Made by a program: the position numbers and the translations under genes. From Candidatus Kaiserbacteria bacterium (GTDB lineage: Bacteria > Patescibacteriota > Minisyncoccia > Phycocordibacterales > Phycocordibacteraceae): 64,000 nucleotides of DNA. This document shows, one piece after another, positions 48,842-59,347 of the stretch. The notes under the pieces were generated by a model. It did no database searches, was not told the DNA's origin, and saw only the letters and a program-made list of their open reading frames with translations. The number at the start of each line of letters is the position of its first letter. The stretch's first letter is position 1. The stretch is taken from assembly GCA_027451665.1 (NCBI GenBank), contig DAIDIW010000001.1, positions 5,354-69,353 on the forward strand. Reading direction: 5' to 3'.

Positions 48842-50590
48842 CTATTCGGTGACTGCGCGGAGTACTTCCTCGAGCGAAGTTATGCCGCGTGCGGCCTTGT
48901 AGATCCCGTCTTCGAGCATCGTGAGCATACCCTCCTTCTTCGCCTGCCCCTCGATCGCATCGGTCGTCATGCTGTGCAGGATGATGTCGCGTATCGCCGG
49001 AGAGACGGGCAGTATCTCGTGGATGCCGATACGGCTCCGGTATCCGTCTTCGCAGTCGCCCCCCGGCACCGGGGTATAGAAGGCAAGATCATCGAGTCCA
49101 ACCGCCGTTTTTACCAGTTTCTCGGCGCGCAATTCCTTGAGCGCCGCCTGAAAGTCTTCATCTTTGGCGACCTTCGTGCGCGCGGTCGAGTCGAGCGTAT
49201 GCTCCTCCTTCGTGTCGCAGAGCTTTCTGACGAGGCGCTGGCCGACGACGACGCGCAGCGTCGAGGTGAGGAGAAACGGTTCGACGCCCATGTCGATGAG
49301 GCGTGGGATGGCGCCGGCGGCCGAGTTCGTATGGATGGTCGAGAGTACGAGGTGCCCGGTGAGCGCGGCGTTTATCGCGAGCGACGCGGTCTCACCGTCG
49401 CGGATCTCTCCTACCATGATGATGTTCGGGTCCTGGCGCAGGAGCGCGCGGAGTCCGGCGGCAAAGGTCATGCCGATCTGTGAGTTCACCTGGGTCTGGT
49501 TGACGCGCTTCATCTGATATTCAATCGGATCTTCGATAGTCGAGATATTCACGTCCGGCGTGTTGATGATGTCCATCATCGTATAGAGCGTCGTCGTCTT
49601 GCCGCTCCCGGTCGGTCCCGAGACGAGGATGATACCGGTCGTGGCCTTCATGGCCGCATGGAGCTGCTCGAGCCCGTCGCCATGGAAACCGAGCGTCTCG
49701 AGCGTGAACCCTTCCCCGGTTTCTCGTAGCAGACGCATCACGATCTTTTCGCCGAAGAAGGTCGGGAGAATGGAGACGCGGAATGAGACGCGGTCAGCTT
49801 CCGTCTCCATCTTGAAGCGACCGTCCTGAGGCAGGCGTTTCTCGTCGAGCTTCAGGTTCGAGAGCACTTTGATGCGTGCGACGATGCCGGCGGCCGCGGC
49901 TTTCGGCAAGGTCATCGCATCGTGGAGAATGCCGTCGATGCGATAGCGCACGAGCACCTGCTCTTCCATGGGCTCGATATGGACATCCGAGGCGCCCTGT
50001 GCGATTGCGTGCCGGAGCAAGGAATCGACGATGCGTACGATAGGCAAGTCCTCCGCCATCTTTTTGAGGTCATCGCCCGAGAGTTCCTTGTCGTTTTCCT
50101 TCACAAGCTGCAACTTCCCCGATTCGGTGGCGATGATGTCGCCGAACTCATCCTTCAGCGATTTCTGGTAGGAAAGGAGCGCGTGTTTGATACTCTCGGT
50201 GTCAGTAAGCCGCGGAAGGATCTTGAGCCCGGTCTTCTTGCGTACGCTCTCGATCGAGGCGAGGTCTTCCACGTCGAGCATCGCGACGTCGAGACTATCT
50301 CCCTCCTTCTTGAATGCGATGATGTTGTGCGTGCGTGCGATCGGCTCCGGGATGAGCGAGAGGATGTCCGCCGGTATCGGATGGTCTTTTAGGTTCACGA
50401 ACGGTATGCCGAGTACGTATGCCTGAATGCGCCGGAGCGCGTCTTCCGTAAGACTCCCGCGCGAGATAAGTATGTCACCGAGCGATTGTCCTCGCGTCCT
50501 CGCTTCTTCCGCCGCCGCATCGATATCCTTGCGCGCGACGAGGCCCGAATCGATGATGAACTCCTTGAGCTCCCCTTCCGAAACGTGCAT
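48842..50590 (-). CDS. pilB: Type IV pilus assembly ATPase PilB/GspE
   Basis: ASDVHIEP, RLPQDGR, GPTGSGKTTT, LRQDPNIIMVGEIRD; upstream of pilC. Confidence 0.92.
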   Translation of the reverse strand: MHVSEGELKEFIIDSGLVARKDIDAAAEEARTRGQSLGDILISRGSLTEDALRRIQAYVLGIPFVNLKDHPIPADILSLIPEPIARTHNIIAFKKEGDSLDVAMLDVEDLASIESVRKKTGLKILPRLTDTESIKHALLSYQKSLKDEFGDIIATESGKLQLVKENDKELSGDDLKKMAEDLPIVRIVDSLLRHAIAQGASDVHIEPMEEQVLVRYRIDGILHDAMTLPKAAAAGIVARIKVLSNLKLDEKRLPQDGRFKMETEADRVSFRVSILPTFFGEKIVMRLLRETGEGFTLETLGFHGDGLEQLHAAMKATTGIILVSGPTGSGKTTTLYTMMDIINTPDVNISTIEDPIEYQMKRVNQTQVNSQIGMTFAAGLRALLRQDPNIIMVGEIRDGETASLAINAALTGHLVLSTIHTNSAAGAIPRLIDMGVEPFLLTSTLRVVVGQRLVRKLCDTKEEHTLDSTARTKVAKDEDFQAALKELRAEKLVKTAVGLDDLAFYTPVPGGDCEDGYRSRIGIHEILPVSPAIRDIILHSMTTDAIEGQAKKEGMLTMLEDGIYKAARGITSLEEVLRAVTE

Positions 50591-50792
50591 GGTACTCGCA
50601 GTATACCGTGCAATCGCGCATGCATGCGCAGGCGTTTGTGCATGAAACGCTGGAGGTGCGCCGATACTTACCGTTTGGAAGCAGACAAAGGATTGCCTAC
50701 TCCATTGGTATATGGTATGTTTTAGCGAATGGATGTCCGCGGCGCGGACTTTCTTTATAAAGGTGAGAGACATACATATCCCATACAGACCT

Positions 50793-52187
50793 ATGATTGA
50801 CCTGAAGACCATAAATGCAGTGCTCGGCGAATTTGAAGATCGCGGCATCTCCCGCGAGACGATGATCGATGCGATCGAGAGCGCCATGGCGACGGCGTAC
50901 AAGCGCGAGTACGGGAAACGCGGCCAGGTGATTCGCGCGCATCTCGATCTCGATACAGGCACGGTCTCCTTCGAGCAGGTGAAGACCGTTGTCGACGAGT
51001 CGACCGTGCGTTTCCCGGACGAGGAGGAGCAGACGGCACAGGCGAAAGAAGCACACCATGCGCATCCGTTCCATCACGAGAACGAGGAGGAACTCGCCGA
51101 AGGCGAACTCCCCCGCTTCGACAGCGAGAAGCACATGCTTCTTACGAACGCGAAGCTTATTAAGAAAGGCGTAGAGCTCGGAGAGGAGATCATCTTCCCT
51201 TTGGAACCGCAGGACGACTTCGGCCGCATTGCCGCCCAGACGGCCAAGCAGGTCGTTATCCAGAAGGTTCGTGAGGCCGAGAAGCACTCTATGATGGAGG
51301 AATTCGGCGAGAAGAAGGGCGAAGTCGTTGGGGGTACGGTGCAGCGCATGGAGCGCGGCGCCATCTTCGTCGACCTCGGTCGTACGACGGGCATCATTCC
51401 CTACGAGGAGCAGATACCGGGCGAGCGATATCGTCCGGGCGAGCGCATTCGCGCGTATCTTTATAGCGTGGACGAAGGCTTCCGCGGCGTATACCTGCGC
51501 CTCTCTCGCGCGCACCCGCGCTTCGTCGTGAAGCTCTTTGAGCAGGAGGCACCTGAGCTCGCCTCGGGCGCGGTCGAAGTGAAGGCGCTTGCGCGCGAAC
51601 CTGGCAGCCGCACAAAGATCGCGGTCGCCTCGACGGATCCGCATGTCGACCCCGTCGGCTCGCTCGTCGGACAGCGCGGCGTGCGCGTATCGACCGTCAT
51701 GAGCGAACTTGGCGGCGAGCGCATTGATATCGTCGAGTGGAACGAAGACCCTAAGGAGTTCGTCCGCGAAGCACTTTCGCCGGCTTCACCGCTCGAGGTT
51801 GAGCTCAACGAGGATGATCATCGGGCGATGGTCGCCGTCTCGGAAGACGAGCAGTCGCTTGCGATAGGTAGAGGCGGTCAGAACGTGCGGCTCGCTGCGA
51901 AGCTCACCGGCTGGAATATCGATATCGTGTCGGCCGCGGGCACCGAAGTCGCTGAGAGCGATGGCGACTCCGTGGAGATGAAGGACGAGGCCGAGGAGCA
52001 CCGTGCGATGGACCCGGCGGTTGAAGCGGGCGTCGAGAGCGACGAGAGTCAGGAAGTCGTGACCGATGACCAGGACGAGGCAACGAGCCTCCCTGCCGAG
52101 GAAGAGCTCACCGCACTGCCGGATTCGGACGAGACGGTCGCGGATGCGGAAGAAGACCGCGACGACACAACGCAGGACAGTCAATAA
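50793..52187 (+). CDS. nusA: Transcription factor NusA with acidic C-terminal tail
   Basis: FGRIAAQTAKQV, REPGSRTKIAV, AIGRGGQNVRLAAKLTGW. Confidence 0.96.
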   Translation: MIDLKTINAVLGEFEDRGISRETMIDAIESAMATAYKREYGKRGQVIRAHLDLDTGTVSFEQVKTVVDESTVRFPDEEEQTAQAKEAHHAHPFHHENEEELAEGELPRFDSEKHMLLTNAKLIKKGVELGEEIIFPLEPQDDFGRIAAQTAKQVVIQKVREAEKHSMMEEFGEKKGEVVGGTVQRMERGAIFVDLGRTTGIIPYEEQIPGERYRPGERIRAYLYSVDEGFRGVYLRLSRAHPRFVVKLFEQEAPELASGAVEVKALAREPGSRTKIAVASTDPHVDPVGSLVGQRGVRVSTVMSELGGERIDIVEWNEDPKEFVREALSPASPLEVELNEDDHRAMVAVSEDEQSLAIGRGGQNVRLAAKLTGWNIDIVSAAGTEVAESDGDSVEMKDEAEEHRAMDPAVEAGVESDESQEVVTDDQDEATSLPAEEELTALPDSDETVADAEEDRDDTTQDSQ

Positions 52188-52212
52188 TACCTAATCGAGT
52201 AATACAGAAATC

Positions 52213-52743
52213 ATGAATCTACTCCATGACATCGACTCGGGCGCGATGGATGCGATGAACGTCATCATCGAGATCCCGAAGAACTCCCATAATAAATATG
52301 AGATTGACAAGGAGACGGGACTCATAAAGCTCGATCGCGCGAATTATTCCGCAGCGGCATACCCGTTTGACTACGGGTTCGTGCCGCAGACTCTCTGGGA
52401 CGACGGCGATGCGCTCGATGTTATCGTCCTCACGACCTATCCGCTCGATGTCGGCGTACTCGTCGAGGCGCGTCCCGTCGCGCTCCTCGACATGCGTGAC
52501 GGGGATGATGAGGATCAGAAGGTCATCGCGGTGCCTGTCGAAGACAAGCGCTGGGATGATGTTCGGGATCTTGCCGATCTGAATCAGCATATGCTGAAGG
52601 AATTCACTCACTTTTTCGAGACGTATAAACAGTTGAAGGGGAAGCCGGTTGCAGTCACCATTCGCGGTTATAAGGGCCGTGCGGATGCCGAGGCGGCGTT
52701 CGAACGCGCGCGCAAGCGCTACGAAGAGAAGCGGTCTGCGTAA
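52213..52743 (+). CDS. ppa: Inorganic pyrophosphatase (family I)
   Basis: EIPK..KYEIDK, YGFVPQT..DDGDALD, FFETYK. Confidence 0.95.
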   Translation: MNLLHDIDSGAMDAMNVIIEIPKNSHNKYEIDKETGLIKLDRANYSAAAYPFDYGFVPQTLWDDGDALDVIVLTTYPLDVGVLVEARPVALLDMRDGDDEDQKVIAVPVEDKRWDDVRDLADLNQHMLKEFTHFFETYKQLKGKPVAVTIRGYKGRADAEAAFERARKRYEEKRSA

Positions 52744-52813
52744 ACATGCTTCTCCCCAGGACGTGCCCGCGGCGAAACCGCGGGCACGTCCGTATTTGCG
52801 GTATCATGCGGCT

Positions 52814-53185
52814 ATGGATGAGAATCTCCTCGAAGAGCAGCAGAAGGAGCTCGTACCTCCTTCCCCTTCGGGAGGACCTATGCCCGGAACCTACATCAGA
52901 ACTTTTCCGGACGATGCGGAAACGGTTAAAGTCGGCGGCGAGCCGGATCTCGTTCCGCATACAAGAGCACAACTGTCTCCGCCCGAGCATCTGCCCGGCT
53001 CCGATACTCCTCCGCCTGCAGTGTTCGGAAAGAGTCCGCTGCAGCCGCGCAGCGCGAAACAACAGTCCTGGGGTACGGTAATCGCGATCATCATCATCGT
53101 GGTCATGGTCGTCATTGGGGCGTTTTATGCGTGGGGAAAGCGTGTCGCTGAGCGACAACAGTATCCGGTTTCCGCCAATCCGTGA
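52814..53185 (+). CDS. Pro-rich protein with C-terminal TM anchor
   Basis: IRTFPDD, Pro-rich middle, WGTVIAIIIIVVMVVIGAFYAWG. Confidence 0.65.
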   Translation: MDENLLEEQQKELVPPSPSGGPMPGTYIRTFPDDAETVKVGGEPDLVPHTRAQLSPPEHLPGSDTPPPAVFGKSPLQPRSAKQQSWGTVIAIIIIVVMVVIGAFYAWGKRVAERQQYPVSANP

Positions 53186-53260
53186 GAGGGCGGAGATGCG
53201 CCTGTACGCGCGTGGTCGTGAAATTGCAGCGGGCACGCACACGGGGTAAAATCCCTTCCT

Positions 53261-53866
53261 ATGAAAAGCACTATTCCTCCCCGCGCCTCGATGCTTGTGC
53301 CTATGGTCATCGAGAAGAGCCAGTTCGGCGAACGGGCCTACGACATCTATTCACGTCTCCTCAAGGAGCGCATCATCTTTCTCGGGGGTCCCATCGATGA
53401 CGACGTCGCAAATCTCGTCATCGCGCAGTTGCTCTTTCTCGAAGCGGAGGATCCGAAAAAGGATATTGCGCTCTACGTGAATTCTCCGGGCGGCTATATC
53501 CATTCGGGACTCGCAATTGTGGATGCGATGAATCACGTGAAGCCCGATGTCTCGACTGTGGCGGTCGGCATGGCGGCGTCCATGGGTTCTATCATCCTGA
53601 CCTCGGGCGCTAAGGGGAAACGCTTCGCGCTTCCGCATGCTGAGGTGATGATCCATCAGCCGCACGGCGGGGCGGAAGGCCAGGCGACCGATATCGAGAT
53701 TTCGGCCAAGCACATACTCCAGCAGCGCGATCGCACGAACCGCATACTCGCGAAGACGACCGGCCAGCCGCTCGAGAAGATAGAGAAGGACGTGGATCGC
53801 GATTTCTTCATGACCGCGGACGAGGCGAAGAAGTACGGCATCGTCGACCAGGTATATAAGGCGTAA
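53261..53866 (+). CDS. clpP: ATP-dependent Clp protease proteolytic subunit
   Basis: [27 protein letters not shown]. Confidence 0.96.
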   Translation: MKSTIPPRASMLVPMVIEKSQFGERAYDIYSRLLKERIIFLGGPIDDDVANLVIAQLLFLEAEDPKKDIALYVNSPGGYIHSGLAIVDAMNHVKPDVSTVAVGMAASMGSIILTSGAKGKRFALPHAEVMIHQPHGGAEGQATDIEISAKHILQQRDRTNRILAKTTGQPLEKIEKDVDRDFFMTADEAKKYGIVDQVYKA

Positions 53867-54037
53867 TCATCTGCTTCGGCAAAACGCCCGCGGCACTTCC
53901 GCGGACGTTTTGCCGAATGGTGTCTTTTTAGGTAAGGTGAGCCCATTCCCGCTCCTCTGCCCCGCAGACACGGAAGCTCGGCTGGAATCCTCTATCGGCG
54001 AATCGGAACCGCTTCGGCGGATTAACTGAAACGGGAC

Positions 54038-55567
54038 ATGTCATTAAAAATCATTCTCATATTACTTGCGCTCAGCGGTGTCGGCGGCATTGCGCTTGGC
54101 TATGTCTTGCGCGTCCTCGTGGGACTCGCACAGCGCGGTTCAGTCGAGCTCGATATCAAGCAGAAGCTTCTCTCTGCGAAGGAGCAAGCCTCGAAGATTA
54201 TCGCGGATGCCGAGTATCGTGCCTCGGTCTTGGAGACCGAACGGCTCGGACCGGTCGAGGAGCGCGAGACGAAGCTCGCGATCCGCGAGGAACGATTGTC
54301 TACGCGCGAGGAATTCCTCGACGAACGACAGCGCGATCTCGACGAGAAGGAGGATGAACTCAAAGGGCGCGAACAGGAAGCGGCCCGCGTGAAGCAGGAT
54401 GCCGAGAAGATGGCGACGCAGCGCGCCAAGGAACTTGCGCATGTCGCGCATCTCACCGAAGAGAAGGCGCGCGAGCTTTTGTTCGAGGAGATTGAGCGTG
54501 CGAACGAGGAGGCGATACTTCTGCGCCTGCAGAAGCTTGAAGCGCACGGGCGCGAGCGGCTCGAAGAGCGCGCTCGCGCGATCCTCGTTTCTGCCATTCA
54601 TCGCCTCGGAAACGCGGTGAATGCCGATCTCATGAGCCTCTCCGTTGCCATCCCCTCCGAGGAGCTTAAAGGGAAGATTATTGGCAAGGAGGGACGCAAC
54701 ATTAAGGCGTTCGAGCGCGCCACCGGCGTCGACGTCCTCATCGATGATGCGCCCGATAAGATCACGCTTTCTTCCTTTGATCCGCTCCGAAGAACGATCG
54801 CGAAACTTGCACTTGAAGCGCTTATCGCCGACGGCCGCATACAACCGGCTAAGATTGAGGAGACTGTCGAGAAGACCAAGGCGGAGGTAAATGAAGTTAT
54901 CCGCCAGAAGGGTGAGGCGGCAGCGTATGAGACCGGCGTAATCGGCCTAGATCCGAAACTTATCCAACTCTTAGGCCGTCTCGCATTCCGTACGAGCTAC
55001 GGACAGAACGTGCTTCAGCACTCGATAGAGATGGCCCACATCGCCGGGATGCTCGCGGACGAGCTCGGTGCGGATGCTTCGGTAGCGCGCGCTGGCGCGC
55101 TGCTCCACGATATCGGCAAGGCGCTTGACCATGAGGTGCAAGGGACGCATGTCGAGATCGGTCGGCGCGTGCTCGAAAAGTTCGGCGTGGATGCGCGCGT
55201 CATCCAGGCTATGCAGTCGCATCATGAGGAGTACCCGTATGAGACACCTGAGGCGGTTATTGTGCAGGTTGCCGACGCGATAAGCGCTGGCCGTCCTGGC
55301 GCCAGGCGCGACACGGTCGATCGGTATCTCGAGCGGCTCGGCGATCTCGAGCGCCTCGCGAAGGGCTTCGAGGGCGTCGAGAAGGCGCATGCGCTTGCCG
55401 CAGGACGCGAGATCCGCATCTTTGTGAATCCGGGGAAGGTATCCGATGCCGCATTACATAAGCTCGCGCGCGATATCGCGACCCGCATCCAGACCGAGCT
55501 ACGTTATCCGGGCGAGATAAAGGTGAATGTGATCAAAGAAAACCGCGTAGTCGAATTTGCTCGCTAG
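54038..55567 (+). CDS. rny: Ribonuclease Y
   Basis: N-terminal TM, coiled coil, KH (KGKIIGKEGRNI), HD domain (LLHDIGK), SAGRPGAR. Confidence 0.96.
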   Translation: MSLKIILILLALSGVGGIALGYVLRVLVGLAQRGSVELDIKQKLLSAKEQASKIIADAEYRASVLETERLGPVEERETKLAIREERLSTREEFLDERQRDLDEKEDELKGREQEAARVKQDAEKMATQRAKELAHVAHLTEEKARELLFEEIERANEEAILLRLQKLEAHGRERLEERARAILVSAIHRLGNAVNADLMSLSVAIPSEELKGKIIGKEGRNIKAFERATGVDVLIDDAPDKITLSSFDPLRRTIAKLALEALIADGRIQPAKIEETVEKTKAEVNEVIRQKGEAAAYETGVIGLDPKLIQLLGRLAFRTSYGQNVLQHSIEMAHIAGMLADELGADASVARAGALLHDIGKALDHEVQGTHVEIGRRVLEKFGVDARVIQAMQSHHEEYPYETPEAVIVQVADAISAGRPGARRDTVDRYLERLGDLERLAKGFEGVEKAHALAAGREIRIFVNPGKVSDAALHKLARDIATRIQTELRYPGEIKVNVIKENRVVEFAR

Positions 55568-55724
55568 CACGCGCTCGTAATCCCGCCCCGGGCACTACCC
55601 GGTGCGGGATTTTGCATTATCCCCGAGGATAATCAACCCCTATTGCGTCAAAAATGGCGTTCTGTATGCTTTTTATAGCCCCGACCACCCCCGGCCGCGG
55701 TTTACCAGCTCGTAATGGAGTTTT

Positions 55725-56000
55725 ATGGCGAATAAAGCTGACATTGTGAATAAGGTGCACGAGACGCTCGGTTCCACAAAGGCGGATGCGGAGCGCGCGG
55801 TCGAGACCATGATTGACATGATCGTGACGAGCCTCAAGAACGGCGAGGAAGTATCGGTCGCCGGTCTCGGGATCTTCGCGACCAAGGCCCGTCCGGCACG
55901 CGAGGGCAGGAATCCTCGCACCGGTGAGACCATCCGTATTCCGGCCACTCGCACGGCAAAATTCCGCCCGGCGAAGGCCTTGAAGGACGCGGTCAAATAA
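55725..56000 (+). CDS. hup: HU-family DNA-binding protein
   Basis: NKADIV, AREGRNPRTGETIRIPA, FRPAKALKDAV. Confidence 0.95.
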   Translation: MANKADIVNKVHETLGSTKADAERAVETMIDMIVTSLKNGEEVSVAGLGIFATKARPAREGRNPRTGETIRIPATRTAKFRPAKALKDAVK

Positions 56001-56050
56001 GGCGCTGCCCCTCATAACGAAAACCGCGGCGCTCGGCGGCGCGGTTTTCG

Positions 56051-57277
56051 TTATCCGAGGTATTTCCGCTTGAGTTTCTTCAGTTTGTCGGGGAGATAGG
56101 AGTCCTTTTCGTAGAACGAATAGCCTTTATGGAAGCCGAGCTCCTTCATGAGCTTCGTCGGCGCGTTCCTTACTTTCATTGGGATAGGCAGATTGCCGTG
56201 CTCTTTCACGTCACCCATCGCCTCCTGGTATGCGTCGTAGCTCTCGCGTGATTTCTGTGCGCACGCGAGGTACGCCGCGCCATGAGAGAGGTTTATCGCG
56301 CATTCAGGGTAGCCAATAGTCTCGCATGCGCGAAACACGCCGTTCGCGATCTGCAGGGCTACCGGATCGGCGAGACCCACATCCTCGCTCGCGAACACCA
56401 CCATCCGGCGCGCGATATAGAGAGGATCCTCCCCGGCTTCGACCATGCGCGCAAGGTAATAAAGCGCCGCATCCGGTTGCGACGCGCGCATGGACTTTAT
56501 GAACGCGCTTATGGTGTCATAGTGCTCCTCGCCCTTCTTGTCATAGCGCAGATGCGGGCTTTCGAGCGCCTTCGAGAGCGTCTCCTCGTTCACTTCCCCG
56601 TAGAGCGTTCGAGCGCCGTCAATGATACCGAGCGCCTTGCGGGCGTCGCCATTCGCGTATCCCACGAGCCAGGCGATCGCTGTCTCGCTCATCTCGCCGT
56701 CGGCGCGTCTTATGATTTGCGTTAGTTCATCATCCGAAAGCGGCTCGAGCACGAACACGCGGCAGCGCGAGAGAAGCGCCGGAATGACCTCAAACGAAGG
56801 ATTCTCCGTGGTCGCGCCAATGAGCGTAAGTTCCCCGCTCTCGACATACGGCAATAAGAAATCCTGCTGCGCTTTGTTGAACCGATGCAGCTCGTCGAGA
56901 AACAAAACCTTAGGTTTGGTTTCTCGAGCTTCGCGGGGCGAGGGGCCAGGGCCGAGTAGCGTTCCTTGCGCTTTATTTATCCGTTCTCGTTCCTCGTGCG
57001 TGGTCGGCCGGCCCTTCTCTACGATTTTGCGGATCTCGTCCTTCCCCGCCGAAACGGCGGAGAGCTCATGAAACTCCGCGTCGAGCGCCTCCGCATAGAT
57101 GCGCGCGATGGTCGTCTTTCCCGTGCCCGGAGGCCCCCACAATATGAACGAGAAGAGGTGCTTCTTCTCGAGAGCGATACGCAGCGGCTTTCCCGCACCT
57201 ACCAGATGACTTTGCCCGACAACTTCGTCGAACGTCCGGGGGCGGATACGTGACGCGAGCGGCTCCATGAGCGCCAT
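56051..57277 (-). CDS. rarA: Replication-associated recombination protein A
   Basis: PLASRIRP, WGPPGTGKTT, DELHRFNKAQQD, ISAFIKSMR, SEDVG. Confidence 0.94.
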   Translation of the reverse strand: MALMEPLASRIRPRTFDEVVGQSHLVGAGKPLRIALEKKHLFSFILWGPPGTGKTTIARIYAEALDAEFHELSAVSAGKDEIRKIVEKGRPTTHEERERINKAQGTLLGPGPSPREARETKPKVLFLDELHRFNKAQQDFLLPYVESGELTLIGATTENPSFEVIPALLSRCRVFVLEPLSDDELTQIIRRADGEMSETAIAWLVGYANGDARKALGIIDGARTLYGEVNEETLSKALESPHLRYDKKGEEHYDTISAFIKSMRASQPDAALYYLARMVEAGEDPLYIARRMVVFASEDVGLADPVALQIANGVFRACETIGYPECAINLSHGAAYLACAQKSRESYDAYQEAMGDVKEHGNLPIPMKVRNAPTKLMKELGFHKGYSFYEKDSYLPDKLKKLKRKYLG

Positions 57278-57343
57278 GGTACGCCTCTCGACGGAAACCG
57301 GAAGTACCGTCTTTCACGTGAATAGAGATGGGCTGTGGTTGGG

Positions 57344-57415
57344 TGCGGGCGGCGGGAGTCGGACCCGCGTCTGTTGCTTGGAAGGCAACCATAATAGCCG
57401 TTATACGACGCCCGC
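57344..57415 (-). tRNA. tRNA-Gly(TCC)
   Basis: GCGGGCG/CGCCCGC acceptor, GTTGC-CTTCCAA-GCAAC; T-loop TCCGACT. Confidence 0.9.
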
Positions 57416-57501
57416 GATAGAGGCGAGGATACCACGGAATGCGCGGCTTTCGTAACGGCCTTCGCGTGAATTTTCCACGAATGTGCGCTAGCGTTACCGG
57501 C

Positions 57502-58662
57502 ATGGAACGCTTTACACCGTATCTCGGGGGCCTCGCCGTGCTCGCGATGATCGTCGTGCTTGCGATGGTGTCGAGTCGGGTGTCCCTGCGCACGGCTGCG
57601 CCGTCTACGTCGCACGTCTTTTCAACGGTCGTGGTGGTCCCGCGCTTCTCATTGCCGGTCGCCCATCTTCCTCCATTCGCGTCGTCTTCCTCCGAAACAG
57701 CGACCTCGGCACCGAAGATTAAGCATGAAACGCCGCCAGCGGAGCCTGTGAGGCATGCGTCGGCGTCGCTCGCAACGGCCGAAGGGCCTGCGCCTGCTCC
57801 TCTTCAGTCCTCCGTGCCGCTCTCTCCAAACACAGCACTGAACGCGGTAGCCTCGGAATTACGCAACGCGCTCGTGAATATCCTCTGCTATGCGCCTGCG
57901 GGTTCGAAGATTCATTCGATCTCCGGCAGCGGCGTCATCATCTCGTCTCAAGGCATCATTCTGACGAACGCGCATGTAGCGCAGTATTTCCTGCTCGCCG
58001 ATCAGGGCGTCTCTTGCGTCGTGCGTACCGGAAGTCCGGCGCGGGATGCGTACACCGCGGAGATCGCCTTCATATCGCCGGCGTGGGTGCACGCAAATGC
58101 CGCAGTTCTGAGCGAAGCCGCGCCGTCGGGCACCGGCGAGCATGACTACGCCTTCCTCGCGATTTCCGGCAGTGCGACCGAGGCGCCGGCCGCTGCGCCT
58201 TTCCCCTACCTCCCGCTCGCTGCCTATCCCCCGCAGGTCGGAGACGCCGTAGTCATTGGTTCCTATGGCGCACAATTCCTGCAAGCGGATCAGATCGAGC
58301 ATTCGCTCTTCCCCACCATCGTGTTCGGGAGCATAAAGGACAGGTATACGTTCAATGAAGACACGACCGACGTCATCTCGCTCGGCGGATCGGTCGCTGC
58401 GCAAGAAGGTTCTTCCGGCGGCGGCGTCGCGGAAGCCGATGGTGCGCTCGTGGGGACGATCACGACGAGCACGATCACTGGGTCAACCGCCTCGCGCTCG
58501 CTCGATGCAATCACCGCGTCCTATGTGCGGGGGGCGTTCGCGAGCGAGACAGGAAAACCGCTCGAATCGCTGCTTACGGAATCGACGACGACCGCAGTAG
58601 CCGACTTCGCAAGCGATGCGTCGGCGCTCGAATCGGTGCTGCTTGCCAGCCTCGGTTCCTGA
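57502..58662 (+). CDS. Membrane-anchored trypsin-like (S1) serine protease
   Basis: GSGVII..ILTNAHV (His), HDYAFL (Asp), GSSGG (Ser); no PDZ domain. Confidence 0.85.
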   Translation: MERFTPYLGGLAVLAMIVVLAMVSSRVSLRTAAPSTSHVFSTVVVVPRFSLPVAHLPPFASSSSETATSAPKIKHETPPAEPVRHASASLATAEGPAPAPLQSSVPLSPNTALNAVASELRNALVNILCYAPAGSKIHSISGSGVIISSQGIILTNAHVAQYFLLADQGVSCVVRTGSPARDAYTAEIAFISPAWVHANAAVLSEAAPSGTGEHDYAFLAISGSATEAPAAAPFPYLPLAAYPPQVGDAVVIGSYGAQFLQADQIEHSLFPTIVFGSIKDRYTFNEDTTDVISLGGSVAAQEGSSGGGVAEADGALVGTITTSTITGSTASRSLDAITASYVRGAFASETGKPLESLLTESTTTAVADFASDASALESVLLASLGS

Positions 58663-58765
58663 ACAGGGAGCGTTGGCGCGGTACGTCGCTCGCGATGTTC
58701 AAAAGAGAGAGACCTGTTAGTATGCGGACATCCTAGGTTTGGTGAGCGTGGATCGACTGTTCAGT

Positions 58766-58836
58766 CGGGGTGTCGTATACCGGTAGTACGCATCCTTTGG
58801 GAGGATGATGACGGAGTTCGACTCTCCGCACCCCGA
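58766..58836 (+). tRNA. tRNA-Pro(TGG)
   Basis: CGGGGTG/CACCCCG acceptor, CATCC-TTTGGGA-GGATG, CGGAG-TTCGACT-CTCCG. Confidence 0.92.
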
Positions 58837-58858
58837 CTGAGCAGTCGAAAGCGAGGCT

Positions 58859-59245
58859 TCAGACGATCTGAGGCAGGAAGCGCGCGAGCGCTCGGTCGTC
58901 TTCCTTGTGTACCCATACGAGCACGCCGTCGATCTGCCCTCATCCTCGAGGTCGTGCTCGGCCAAATACCACTCAGCCGTCCGCGCAACCTTGCGGATCT
59001 TCGCCTCGTACAGATTCCCCGAGGGAGGTCATACTCGTCCTCCTCTGATACCGTCTCGGGGAATGCTACACAGGTGACCGTCTTCACCTCCACGAAGTGT
59101 AGGACCCGATCCTTCCGAGCGATGAGGTCGGTCTTACGTGCGACGTTCCAGTCTATGATGCGGAATCCATGTCTGTGCAGATACACGACGGCGACCTTTT
59201 CGCCTAGGTCCCGAGCACTTTCCTGTCCATTTCGGGCAGGGCCAT
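58859..59245 (-). pseudogene. YraN-family nuclease pseudogene
   Basis: LGEKVAVVYLHRHGFRIIDWN..DLIARKDRVLHFVEVKT, continuing in two other frames (KIRKVARTAEWYL; QIDGVLV..FLPQIV*); the GEI residues before DLI are missing. Confidence 0.75.
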
Positions 59246-59269
59246 GGCTTTAATCATAACGGCGCAGGT

Positions 59270-59347
59270 TGTGGATATTTCTGGGAATTACGTGCAAAAC
59301 TTTCGATAGGACTGTCCTTTATCCCCATATCCACTCTTTTATCAACA
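59270..59347. promoter_or_regulatory. Cluster of DnaA-box-like 9-mers
   Basis: TGTGGATAT 59270-78, TTATCCCCA 59319-27, ATATCCACT 59327-35, TTATCAACA 59339-47, in AT-rich intergenic DNA. Confidence 0.6.

Noticed and set aside
57310-57325. Additional parS site TCTTTCACGTGAATAG
   Set aside because: Only 12/16 matches, isolated, and both outer arms are degenerate.
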